From: a virus
Length of the DNA stretch: 64,000 nucleotides
Direction: 5' to 3' (one strand)
Virus record (IMG/VR): IMGVR_UViG_3300042987_000557
Span: 6,502 to 70,501 of that record
The notes beneath the pieces are model-generated. The model saw nothing but the letters and a program-made list of their open reading frames with translations. It was not told the DNA's origin and did no database searches. Numbering within the stretch: the first letter of the stretch is position 1; the number at the start of each line of letters is the position of its first letter. Below are positions 34,950-44,900 of this stretch, piece after piece. The position numbers were made by a program, and so were the translations under genes.

Positions 34950-35193
34950 AGAAGACATTATCAAGATGGCGCGGGAGGCCGGGTTAGCTTACGGGTCTGA
35001 CGAAAAACCATTGAATTCTGTAACACGCTTCGCTGCCCTTGTTGCCGAGCATGAGCGAGAGGCGTGTGCAAAGGTGTGTGACGTGCTTGGGGTGCATCCG
35101 GCATTGAATGTATTTAATGGTGGTCCTGAGTGGTACAAGCATGGAAAAGACTGCGCCGCTGCCATACGAGCAAGGGGTAACCATGCAGCCTGA
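34942..35193 (+). CDS. Conserved small phage protein
   Basis: MTREDIIKMAREAG...RFAALV..HEREACAKVC...CAAAIRARG. Confidence 0.75.
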   Translation: MTREDIIKMAREAGLAYGSDEKPLNSVTRFAALVAEHEREACAKVCDVLGVHPALNVFNGGPEWYKHGKDCAAAIRARGNHAA

Positions 35194-35392
35194 TACTAGA
35201 GTACGAGTGAAATCCACGGGTGAAATCGGCTACGTGGTGAATGAGGATGAGGACGGTATGCTGTGCATACGTATCCCATCGGATAACAACTGGCCTTTCC
35301 CGCACTACGCTTTTATTTCTAAGCGGGATGTGGTAATGGTAAGGGTTGCTAAATCCGCTGTTCCTCTGGACATAGAGGAAGCCCCCTTCTAG
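35183..35392 (+). CDS. Hypothetical protein (SH3-like)
   Basis: RVRVKSTGEIGYVV...WPFP...EEAPF. Confidence 0.6.
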   Translation: MQPDTRVRVKSTGEIGYVVNEDEDGMLCIRIPSDNNWPFPHYAFISKRDVVMVRVAKSAVPLDIEEAPF

Positions 35393-35401
35393 GAGCCTAC
35401 C

Positions 35402-35707
35402 ATGCCCTACGTCAACAAGCCCCGCCCATACAAGAAAGAATACGAGCAGTACGACGGTACTGAGAAGGTCAAAAAGAAACGCGCCGAACGTAACAGAGCG
35501 CGAGCGATCATGATGAAGAAGGGTCTGGCACACAAAGGCGACGGCAAGGATGTACACCACAAGAAGGCACTATCAAACGGCGGTTCATACAAAGACGGGT
35601 TGGCTGTAGTCAGTGCAGCTAACAACAGATCTTTTGACCGCGATGGCAAACATAAGCTGATCTCTGAGGTCAGTCCACGAGAACGGAAAAGCCGTGCAAA
35701 TCGTTAA
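35402..35707 (+). CDS. Small HNH-like nuclease
   Basis: RPYKKEY...RAERNRAR...GDGKDVHHKKALSNGG....V.SAANNRS. Confidence 0.75.
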   Translation: MPYVNKPRPYKKEYEQYDGTEKVKKKRAERNRARAIMMKKGLAHKGDGKDVHHKKALSNGGSYKDGLAVVSAANNRSFDRDGKHKLISEVSPRERKSRANR

Positions 35708-37244
35708 CAATGAATTACTACTCATAAAAACGCAGTTCCCTAGCAGGATAAAAGAAACCATCAAAGGCAGTCAGGTTGTAGCGCAGCAAGGCGACGTGTA
35801 TGAGGTAGCGGTCAACTGGGGTTTAGCTGAGGCTCAGACGCTTCGCCAACTGAATATCAAGAACGTGCCTTCGCCCATTGTCAGGGACTATGACTGGCCG
35901 GGGATATATAAGCCGATGGATCATCAAAAGACCACGGCTTCTTTCCTAACGCTGCACCGACGGAGCTTCTGCTTCAATGAGCAGGGTACTGGCAAGACAG
36001 CTTCTGCAATCTGGGCTTCCGACTACTTAATGAAGCTGGGCGTCATCAAACGTGTGCTTGTGGTATGCCCGCTATCGATTATGCAGTCGGCGTGGCAAGC
36101 AGATCTTTTTAAGTTCGCCATACACCGCACGGTGAGTGTCGCGCATGGCACAGCCAGCAAACGCAGGGACATTATCAACAACGCTGCCGAGTACGTCATC
36201 ATTAACTACGATGGCGTGAATGTGGTGAAGGACGAGATCAAAGGTAAGTTCGACCTCATCATCATCGACGAAGCAAACGCGTACAAGAACAGTCGCACCC
36301 AACGGTTCAAGACTATGCGGGGACTGCTTAACGAGCATACGTACCTGTGGATGATGACAGGCACACCCGCCGCGCAATCGCCGCTTGATGCTTTCGGGTT
36401 AGCGAAGCTTTGCGTGCCAGGACGTACCCCACTGTTATACACTGAGTATCGTGATAGCGTGATGTTCCAGATATCCAGGTTCAAGTGGATACCCAAACCA
36501 TCCGCTATCGACGTAGTACACAAGTTACTGCAACCAGCCATCAGGTTCTCCAAGGCCGAGTGCCTTGATTTGCCAGAAGTCACAAACGTTTCGCGGTACG
36601 CTCCGATGACTTCGCAGCAGTTGAGCTACTACAAGCAGATGAAGAAGGACTTCATCATGCAAGCGGTGGGCGAGGATGTTAGTGCAGTTAATGCTGCTTC
36701 TAACCTGACGAAGCTGCTACAGATAGCTTGTGGTGCTGTCTATACCGACGCAGGAAACGTTATTGAGTTTGATGTATCCGACCGGATGAATGCAGTACAG
36801 GAAGTGATCGACGAAGCGACTAACAAAGTTCTTATTTTTGCACCGTTCACGCACACACTAGCACTCATCAAAGATCACCTTACCAAGAACGGCGTGACAT
36901 CAGAGATCATCGACGGAAGTGTGCCCGTTAACAAACGCACTGCCATCTTCCAGCGGTTTCAGGAAACCGACAACCCCAGAGTTCTCATTATCCAACCGCA
37001 AGCAGCAGCACATGGCGTGACGCTCACTGCGGCTAACGTAGTCATATGGTACGCACCTGTGACTTCTATCGAGTCTTACCTACAAGCTAACGCTCGTGTA
37101 CACCGACAAGGGCAGCGCAATCCTGTGACGGTTGTGCATATCGAAGGTAGTCCTGTAGAGGCTAAGCTCTACTCCATGCTGATGAGCAAGCTCGACTTTC
37201 ATTCGAGAATAATCGATCTCTACAAACAAGAAATAAATACTTGA
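35694..37244 (+). CDS. SNF2-family helicase
   Basis: EQGTGKT, VVCPLS, IIDEA, MTGTP, HGVTLT, QANARVHRQGQ. Confidence 0.9.
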   Translation: MQIVNNELLLIKTQFPSRIKETIKGSQVVAQQGDVYEVAVNWGLAEAQTLRQLNIKNVPSPIVRDYDWPGIYKPMDHQKTTASFLTLHRRSFCFNEQGTGKTASAIWASDYLMKLGVIKRVLVVCPLSIMQSAWQADLFKFAIHRTVSVAHGTASKRRDIINNAAEYVIINYDGVNVVKDEIKGKFDLIIIDEANAYKNSRTQRFKTMRGLLNEHTYLWMMTGTPAAQSPLDAFGLAKLCVPGRTPLLYTEYRDSVMFQISRFKWIPKPSAIDVVHKLLQPAIRFSKAECLDLPEVTNVSRYAPMTSQQLSYYKQMKKDFIMQAVGEDVSAVNAASNLTKLLQIACGAVYTDAGNVIEFDVSDRMNAVQEVIDEATNKVLIFAPFTHTLALIKDHLTKNGVTSEIIDGSVPVNKRTAIFQRFQETDNPRVLIIQPQAAAHGVTLTAANVVIWYAPVTSIESYLQANARVHRQGQRNPVTVVHIEGSPVEAKLYSMLMSKLDFHSRIIDLYKQEINT

Positions 37245-37269
37245 CACACTTTAGTTTGTTAGGTATATT
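37241..37269 (+). promoter_or_regulatory. Sigma70 promoter
   Basis: TTGACA-17bp-TATATT. Confidence 0.75.
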
Positions 37270-37288
37270 TAAAACTCGGAGGTGAAAC

Positions 37289-37678
37289 ATGGATATACAA
37301 GTCGAGAAAATTATCAGTACGTTCTTAAAAATTCGCAGCACTAAAGAAGAACTCACAAGAGAATACGATGCTAAGGTCAGTGATCTTGATAGACAGATGA
37401 CCGTTCTCAAGCATAAGCTGCTTGAGGTATGCAAAGAGTCTGGCGTGACTTCTCTCGGCACAGGTAATGCGATTGCGTATCGTACAGTCAAAAGCCGCTA
37501 CTGGACGAACGATTGGTCAAACTTCTATGACTTCTTGAAGGAACAAGGGAAGCTAGAGTTGCTGGAGAAGCGGATTCATCAAAGTAACATGAAGGAGTTT
37601 TTGGAAGAGAACCCTGACACACGCCCGCCCGGATTGAACATAGATTCAGAGTACGACATCACCATTAAACGCAGATAG
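37289..37678 (+). CDS. Conserved replication-module protein
   Basis: Coiled coil, DW..FY.F, LLEKRI, PPGL; GGAGG RBS. Confidence 0.7.
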   Translation: MDIQVEKIISTFLKIRSTKEELTREYDAKVSDLDRQMTVLKHKLLEVCKESGVTSLGTGNAIAYRTVKSRYWTNDWSNFYDFLKEQGKLELLEKRIHQSNMKEFLEENPDTRPPGLNIDSEYDITIKRR

Positions 37679-37687
37679 GAAATAGCC

Positions 37688-38545
37688 ATGTCTAATGTAA
37701 CGCTTTTTGAACAATCAGTACCCGACTACCTCAAAGAAGTTGAGATGGACGAGATGACTCGTAAGTACGCCGGAGGTAACGGCGGCAAGAGGATATCGAT
37801 TCGTGGTCGTGTATTCCGTCTTGTCGTAGGCGGCAAAGAAGTATCTAAAAACGAGAACAACGCAATGAACGTTGTGATTGTTGCAGGTGGTAAAGATATC
37901 ACACGGTACTACCATGCTAAGTCTTATAACCCCGGTGACACGTCAGCACCGGACTGCTTCTCTAACGACGGTGTTACACCTGACGCATCTGCTTCTTCGC
38001 CACAAAGCGATAAGTGCGAGTCATGCCCCATGAACGTCAAGGGTTCGGGTGTTGGTGAGTCTCGCGCTTGCCGGTTCCAGCAGCGTCTGGCTGTAGTGCT
38101 AGCTGAGTATATTGATGGTGATGTGTATGAGCTGGCTTTGCCATCTAAGTCTTTGTTTGGTCGCGGTGATACCGACAAGATGCCATTCCAGCAGTACATG
38201 AAATATCTTGGATCACAAGGGCGCAACGTCAATACGCTTGTAACCGAGATGCGGTTTGATACCGACAGTGACACACCGAAACTTGTGTTCAGACCTGTGC
38301 GGTATTTGAGCCGCGAAGAGTGGCTTGAAGCTAAGAAGCAGGGCGAAACTCCAGAGGCACGTAACGCACTGCGTATCTCAGTCGGCGCTCCAGTTGCCAA
38401 GCAGATTGCGCCGCCTTCTGCCGAAGTGCATACTGTGGTTGAGCCGGAACCCACCAAGCGTACGGCCAAGAAGAACGCCGAGCCGCCCCCTGCCAAGAAG
38501 GGCTTCTCTGACATCATGAGTGATTGGTCTACGGACGATGAATAA
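37688..38545 (+). CDS. Putative single-stranded DNA-binding / annealing protein
   Basis: PDCFS.DG..P, C.SCP.N..GS, RAC...RLAV; acidic C-terminus WSTDDE; lies between helicase and primase. Confidence 0.55.
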   Translation: MSNVTLFEQSVPDYLKEVEMDEMTRKYAGGNGGKRISIRGRVFRLVVGGKEVSKNENNAMNVVIVAGGKDITRYYHAKSYNPGDTSAPDCFSNDGVTPDASASSPQSDKCESCPMNVKGSGVGESRACRFQQRLAVVLAEYIDGDVYELALPSKSLFGRGDTDKMPFQQYMKYLGSQGRNVNTLVTEMRFDTDSDTPKLVFRPVRYLSREEWLEAKKQGETPEARNALRISVGAPVAKQIAPPSAEVHTVVEPEPTKRTAKKNAEPPPAKKGFSDIMSDWSTDDE

Positions 38546-38781
38546 TGGATGCCCGTGGATACTCATTGAAGTTAGTTGAAGCTATCCGAGGGGGAGACCC
38601 CTCAGACCCTGTTATCAGGTTAGGAAAGTACTGCATCGACAACCAAGTGCCCGTCAGTGATCTTGCAAAGTATTTTGGTGTAAGTAGGCTTACCGTATAC
38701 AACTGGATGTTCGGTAGGATGAAACCAAGAAAAAGCCGACTTCAGCAATTGCAAGACACTTTGGAGCGACTTGGGGTTTAG
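38545..38781 (+). CDS. Cro-like HTH protein
   Basis: VSDLAKYFGVSRLTVYNWMFG...P. Confidence 0.8.
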   Translation: MDARGYSLKLVEAIRGGDPSDPVIRLGKYCIDNQVPVSDLAKYFGVSRLTVYNWMFGRMKPRKSRLQQLQDTLERLGV

Positions 38782-38874
38782 CAAGCTACGGGGCGTCTAG
38801 CTCGACGGAGTGAAAGGAGGTACGCCGCACCTCTTGACGCCCCTATTTACACTGCGGCTGGTTGAGGAGCGGCT

Positions 38875-41700
38875 ATGACCATCAAAGCATTGCTTACCGC
38901 ACTGCTACCCACAACAGGGTACTACTGCGTGGTAGGCTTAAAACCCGAAACAATTGCAATACAAAAGTTTGTAACAACAATCGAAGAAGTTGAGCAGGAA
39001 GCTGCTGATTTAGTTAGCAACGAATACAACGCTTATTTTGGTTGTGCTAAGTACACAACCGACAAGAACCGTAAAGCGAATAACGTTGAGTCGGCACAAT
39101 CATTTTGGCTTGATATCGACTGCTACGCTGATAAGCCTTATGCAGATCAGCACGAAGGCATAGAAGCACTCAAAGAGTTTTGCCACACATTGAAGTTACC
39201 AAGGCCGACTATCGTAGATTCAGGGCGTGGGCTCCATGTTTACTGGCAATTGCAAGATCCTATAACGCCTGATCAGTGGCGTCACACTGCTACAAAACTT
39301 AAAAAGCTTTGCCACGAACACAATCTAAAAGCAGACCCATCTCGCACTGCTGACATCGCATCTATCTTACGATTGCCAGATACCAAGAACTTTAAGACAG
39401 ACCCAGCGCTTGACGTAAAACTCATAACAACTGGCAAGCCCATAGCCTACGATGACTTTAACAACCTACTCGGCGTAGACATCCAATCGCCTACGCCGAC
39501 ACCGACCTACGACACAGGCGGGTTGAATGAGTTGACTAAGTCATTGATGGGTAATAAGCAGAATAAGTTTTCATTGATACTAGAGAAGTGCGATAAAGGG
39601 GAAGGGTGCGCTCACATTAAGCATGCGGTTGATCATCAGGATCAGATCGAAGAACCGCTGTGGAGGGCCGTCTTGTCAGTTGCGACACGTTGCATAGACG
39701 GCGCGACAGCTATCCATGATATCTCCCGCAAGCACCCGGATTACGACGCTCATAAAACTGAAGAGAAGGCTGCACTTACTAAAGGCCCGTTTTTTTGCAG
39801 TACCTTTGAAGAGATAGATGCCACTCGATGCCAGAACTGCCCGAACAAAGGGAAGATCAGCAGTCCCATTGTTCTCGGTCAAGTAGTCGTGGAAGCCGAT
39901 GAAGGCAAGGTGCTTGGGTTCATCGAGAACAAACCAGATACCATATCTGAGTACACCATACCCCCGCTACCGTTCCCATACTTTGCAGGTAAAAAAGGCG
40001 GGATCTACCGCAAATCGTCAGATGACGATGAAGATCCTTCGCTTGTATATGAGCACTATCTGTATGTCGTGAAGCGGCTGCGAGATCCTAAGAGAGGCGA
40101 AGTGATATGGCTTCGACTACATACCCCCAAAGATGGTGTTAGAGAGTTCGCGCTGCCCGCTGACGAACTTCTGGTTATAGAAAAACTTAGAGCGAGGTTA
40201 GCGTGGTTCGGTGTTGTCGGCTTGAAAAAGCAGATGGACAGCATCATGCAATACATCGTGTATTTCGTTAAGGAATTGCAATGCTCAACGGAGGCAGAAC
40301 TTATGAGAAATCAGTTTGGTTGGACCGAGAACAATAAGTCGTTCATCATAGGCGACACAGAAGTACGAGCGGACGGGGACAAGTATTCACCACCATCGAG
40401 TTATACCAAGCAGTACTGCCATGCGTTTGAACCTGTGGGTACGCTAGAGAATTGGAAGCAAGTCATCAGCGTCTATGAGCGCCAAGGGTTTGAGCCCCAC
40501 TCCTTCGGTTTTTTCACTGCTTTCGGCGCACCGTTGATGAAGTTCCTGAACCAACCGGGGGCTATCATCAACATGGTCAACAGTGCATCCGGCACTGGCA
40601 AAACAACATCGTTGAAGTGCATGCACAGCGTGTACGGGCACCCTGAAGAGATGATGCTTGTTGAGCGTGATACAGCAAACACACGGCATCACCGCCTTGG
40701 CGTTATGAATAATCTTGGCCTCGGTTGCGACGAGATTACCAAGATGACCAACAATGACTTCTCTGATTTTGCTTACAGCGTATCGCAAGGTCGGGGCCGT
40801 GGTCGCATGCAGATGAACGATAACGCCGAGCGGTTTAACTTCGCTAAGTGGGCAACCATCCTGCTATGCAGCTCTAACGCATCAGTGGTAGACAAGCTAA
40901 AGAGTATGACAAGCTCCGATGCTGAGCTTATGCGGGTCTTGGAATTTTCAGTACCTGAGTCCAAGCTACTGCAAAAAGAAGAAGCCGACGAAATCTACAG
41001 CAAGCTGTACACGAACTATGGACACGCCGGAAAGGTCTACATCCGAGATCTGGTTGCCAACATAGAAGAGCGTGTGGGCGAGGTCAAAGAACTTCAAAAA
41101 TTCATTGATAAGAAAGCAAAATTTACCAACCGCGAACGGTTCTGGTCGGCAGTTATTGCATGCAACATCGCAGGTGCCCAGTTTGCTAAGCGGTTAGGAC
41201 TGCACAACATCGACGTGGGTCGTGTGTTGCGTTGGGTTATCGGTGAGATGTCTCAGATGCGCGAGGACATAAAACCTCCTGCAACCGACCACGCTGGTGT
41301 CATCGCAGACTTCTGGAACCACTACGCTCGGCATACGCTAGTCATCAATGGTCAAGCAGACCGACGCACAAACGTCGAGTCATTACCGATACGCGAGCCG
41401 TTTGGTGAGCTGATAGTACGCATGGAACCGGACACGCAGAAGCTTTTTATCGACTGCAAGTTCTTCCGTAAGTTCTGTCAGGATGCACGTATCACGATGA
41501 AGGATGTTATCAACGATCTTACTGCCGACGGCATATGCCAAGGCATCGTGCAAAAGCGTATGCACAAAGGCACAAAACTTAGCAGTGTGCCGCCTGTCAT
41601 GGCTTATGTGTTTGATTGCAGCAAGGGTGGGTTCATCGACACTGAGCAGTACTACGATCCCGGCATGGACTTAGAGGAAGCCAAGCAGGATGCGGATTGA
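38875..41700 (+). CDS. Primase-helicase (AEP/RepB-like primase, PriCT-like domain, DUF927 helicase)
   Basis: WLDID, VDSGRGLHVYW, ILRLPDT.N; EPLWR...C..F...C..CP; SGTGKTT Walker A, DEIT, QGRGR.R. Confidence 0.87.
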   Translation: MTIKALLTALLPTTGYYCVVGLKPETIAIQKFVTTIEEVEQEAADLVSNEYNAYFGCAKYTTDKNRKANNVESAQSFWLDIDCYADKPYADQHEGIEALKEFCHTLKLPRPTIVDSGRGLHVYWQLQDPITPDQWRHTATKLKKLCHEHNLKADPSRTADIASILRLPDTKNFKTDPALDVKLITTGKPIAYDDFNNLLGVDIQSPTPTPTYDTGGLNELTKSLMGNKQNKFSLILEKCDKGEGCAHIKHAVDHQDQIEEPLWRAVLSVATRCIDGATAIHDISRKHPDYDAHKTEEKAALTKGPFFCSTFEEIDATRCQNCPNKGKISSPIVLGQVVVEADEGKVLGFIENKPDTISEYTIPPLPFPYFAGKKGGIYRKSSDDDEDPSLVYEHYLYVVKRLRDPKRGEVIWLRLHTPKDGVREFALPADELLVIEKLRARLAWFGVVGLKKQMDSIMQYIVYFVKELQCSTEAELMRNQFGWTENNKSFIIGDTEVRADGDKYSPPSSYTKQYCHAFEPVGTLENWKQVISVYERQGFEPHSFGFFTAFGAPLMKFLNQPGAIINMVNSASGTGKTTSLKCMHSVYGHPEEMMLVERDTANTRHHRLGVMNNLGLGCDEITKMTNNDFSDFAYSVSQGRGRGRMQMNDNAERFNFAKWATILLCSSNASVVDKLKSMTSSDAELMRVLEFSVPESKLLQKEEADEIYSKLYTNYGHAGKVYIRDLVANIEERVGEVKELQKFIDKKAKFTNRERFWSAVIACNIAGAQFAKRLGLHNIDVGRVLRWVIGEMSQMREDIKPPATDHAGVIADFWNHYARHTLVINGQADRRTNVESLPIREPFGELIVRMEPDTQKLFIDCKFFRKFCQDARITMKDVINDLTADGICQGIVQKRMHKGTKLSSVPPVMAYVFDCSKGGFIDTEQYYDPGMDLEEAKQDAD

Positions 41701-41887
41701 TGGGATCGACTACAACATAGACTTCACCAAGTTCAGAGTAGGCAGTTCGTTTTTTGTGCCGTGCATTCACCCAAAGATAGCCAAGGACGACGTGAAAAAA
41801 CGAGCTAAACGGCTTGGGTTTGAGGTTAAATCGAAGTCTGTGATTGAAAATGGGTTCAGGGGCTTGCGTGTTTGGCGAATAGCGTAG
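41690..41887 (+). CDS. Small conserved DNA-binding-like protein
   Basis: VGSSFFVPC...GLRVWR. Confidence 0.7.
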   Translation: MRIDGIDYNIDFTKFRVGSSFFVPCIHPKIAKDDVKKRAKRLGFEVKSKSVIENGFRGLRVWRIA

Positions 41888-41893
41888 TATGAT
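41864..41893 (+). promoter_or_regulatory. Candidate sigma70 promoter for a short RNA
   Basis: TTGCGT-18bp-TATGAT about 50 nt before a terminator hairpin. Confidence 0.5.
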
Positions 41894-41940
41894 TCGCTCA
41901 GTTTGATGGTGTTCTCCTCCTGTTGATTCATGACGACTTT

Positions 41941-41970
41941 ACCCCCGCCTGTGTGCGGGGGTTTTTTATT
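41941..41970 (+). terminator. Rho-independent terminator at strand switch
   Basis: ACCCCCGC-CTGTGT-GCGGGGGT followed by TTTTTATT. Confidence 0.85.
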
Positions 41971-44900
41971 TCAGGGGGACAAATCGATATTCTGGTTCTT
42001 TAGATTTTGGTTGCCCGTACTCAAGCATAGGAGCTAAGCGTTCACGCAACCGTTTATCAATCCTTGCTCCGTAGGCTTCAGCTTCAGCGATTTGCTCTGC
42101 TCTTACCTCAAACGATGTCATAAGTTTTTCTGAGAAGTCCCCATCCTCTGGCAACATGTCAGGGTACTTTTCGTAAAACTGGAGTGCTCTGTCTAGGGCC
42201 GCATCAAAACCCTTATCGTTATTACGCTCAAGCCACAAACGATTAAGAAGCCCAGTCTCTTTGGCAAGGACTTTTTGTTCATACTCTTTAGCTTGAATAA
42301 CAGACTTTTGTTTTAGAGCTAGCTCTTCAGGCTGCAAACCTACGGCTTGCATAACTAGCATCCACTCGGAAAACTTCTCCGCTGCCAGTTGCTCTTCACC
42401 GGATCTGGTGGTGGCACCCTCAGTACCATAGCGGTATGCTTGCAAAGGTTTAGCAAACAAAGCAGGCAGTATCTTTTCCCAAGCTCGGCTGTACTGACCT
42501 TCACCAAACAACTTAGCAGCCTCGGCCCAGTTCATAGCAAGACCCACCACAGGACCAGCATTTGCTATAACGTCTTGGATTAGCCCTTCGACAACATCAG
42601 GGGAGTAGCGTCCATCTCGATAGAACATGCTTAATGGGTCAAGGCTGACACGTTCAGATAGTGAACCACCAATGAGTTGGCTTACTGGCCCACGAGCAAA
42701 CGACATGCCACCTAACCGTTCATCAGCCCAGTTGCGGAACCAGTTCAAATAGCTAAGCTCTTCATCCTCTTTATCGTCATCAGAAGCCAACATCAAAAAC
42801 ATAGCGGGCAGCAGAATCCAGAAAAACGGCATCGCTTCCACACCACCAAATAAGAACGTAACGCCTAAGATACCTAAAAGCTCTTTCCCAGATTGTTTAG
42901 CTATATCGCGTCTGAACTGCTTGATGTCCTTCATCCTCTGATCTATCTCGGCTTGAGGGATTTTTTCTTGAACTAACCTATCCCGTATATCGTCTAATTC
43001 TTTTTTATCGAACAGAGGGCTGACCGAAAGCTGCAATGCACGCAGGTAGTTATACGTTGCCATAAAAGCGTACTGTTTGAACTTTAAGAGCACGCTCAGT
43101 GGAACATTAGAAAACAACCGAGACTTCATCTGTCGGCTAAAGTCACCAAGCGTTAGTCCAGCAATTTGTTTAGCCTCTTGGATAGCTTCTTCAAATGCTT
43201 CATCAGGAGTGTAAGTTACTGGATTTCCATTGGCATCACGCTCTATAGCGCCAAGGGTATCCCGCTTAGGAGAGTTAAGAAGACGATTATACTCAAGCTC
43301 AAAAGCCGACATCAGTGCAACTTCACGGTTAGCACGTTCGGACTGATGGAAGAGACCACCTAAAATTTTCTTAAGGATGTTGTACCGCGTGGTGTATAGC
43401 TCAGACGGTCTTTCGGTCAAATCAAAAATATCGTTTGTCAGGCTTACGTTGATCTGACCTTCCGCAATAAACCGGTCAGCAGCACGCTGCAACAGAGGAG
43501 AAAGCTTGCCCCCTTCAACAATTGAGGGGAACTGCATTTGGAACATCAAACCTTTTGCAGCAGGCTTGAGCATACGCCCAGGTGCTGTTTGCCAGTACCT
43601 TCCCATGTTTTTAAGCATGACTTCACTGGCTTCGGTGTAGCCATACTTACCACCGAGTTTAGAGCCAGTAAACACAGCAAAACCTAGTGTGTTTAACAGA
43701 GCAGTAAAAGGCGAAGACAGCATCGAGAAGAATACAAACGTACCCGCAGTTCCAGCAGCTTTTGCTAGGAACGACTTATCCTCTGCGCTTAGAACCGTCT
43801 TAGTGCGTGCCTCTAATTCTTTAATAAAATCGTCGTATACAGCGGCTGTATCAGACTTAAACGCACCTGCAACATACTCACGAGCCCTGTTGATGTTGTT
43901 GATAAAAGTTTCACCGTACTTAAACCGAGCCATCTGATACGCACTGTGTACAGCCACGTCGGTGAAGACCCGCAGCATATCGCCGCTTGCACCCTGAACA
44001 GCATTACGATTGATGAACATCTTCCGCATGCTTTGCTGCGGCAGCATGATGTAAATCAGTTGATTCAAACTATCCTGCAATTCTTTACGAACTTCCTGAG
44101 CAGTCTTAGTTGACGTAGCACCGGTAGGAGGCACAATAGAGTCGATAAGGTCTTGTACATCTTGCAGTATTTGCGTAGATGCTAAATTTTTAGAATAAAG
44201 CTCTGATATACCTGCGCCATGACGAACAGTTTCGGCCAAAGCTCTTTGTTGCGCGTTGCCCTTTTTCAACTCATCGATACGCGCCAACCGTGAAAGCTCC
44301 CGAGTAACTTCGCTTTCAAACTCATAGAACTCTTTGAAATTACCTTTACCGACTTGAAACCAATATTCACCAAAGCGGCGTAATGGGAAATACGGGTATA
44401 TCAGTTTATCGGGGCCAAACTGCTCATTAATTTTACGAAGAGCAGCCTGACGTTCGGCTTTGGGGAGATGTATAACCCGCTTCTTCATCTCGCGGATCAT
44501 TTCTTTCAAATTATTATGAAAATAGTCCCTGACCCTGCGGTATATATCTTGGAACTCTGGGTCAAGGCTAGCCCACGCAGCATCAAGTTTAGCTAGCCCT
44601 GTTGGGCCTTTGTCTGGATCTTTGCCGTTGATGGTGGCATCCAACATAATTTTGCCAGTCAACGTAGACTGCTCTGGCTTTTTGTTCTGCGCGTCAAGCC
44701 AGTCCTTCGCAATTATCTGAGCTTCACCGAGTTTGCTCAAACGGAAAGAAGTCATATTGTCTACGATGTTAATCGCAGCTAGCAATTGAGGGAATTTATA
44801 ACGTGTGACATCTGCAAGCTGGCGCAGCGTTGCAGAGAACAAAAACGCCCTACGTAGTTTATTGTTTGCAGAGTTCCAAAGCGAAGGTACTAGATTACCA

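Noticed and set aside
38790-38843. Hammerhead ribozyme or tRNA
   Set aside because: Lacks the CUGANGA core and the T-loop/CCA features. I recognised no tRNA anywhere in the window.
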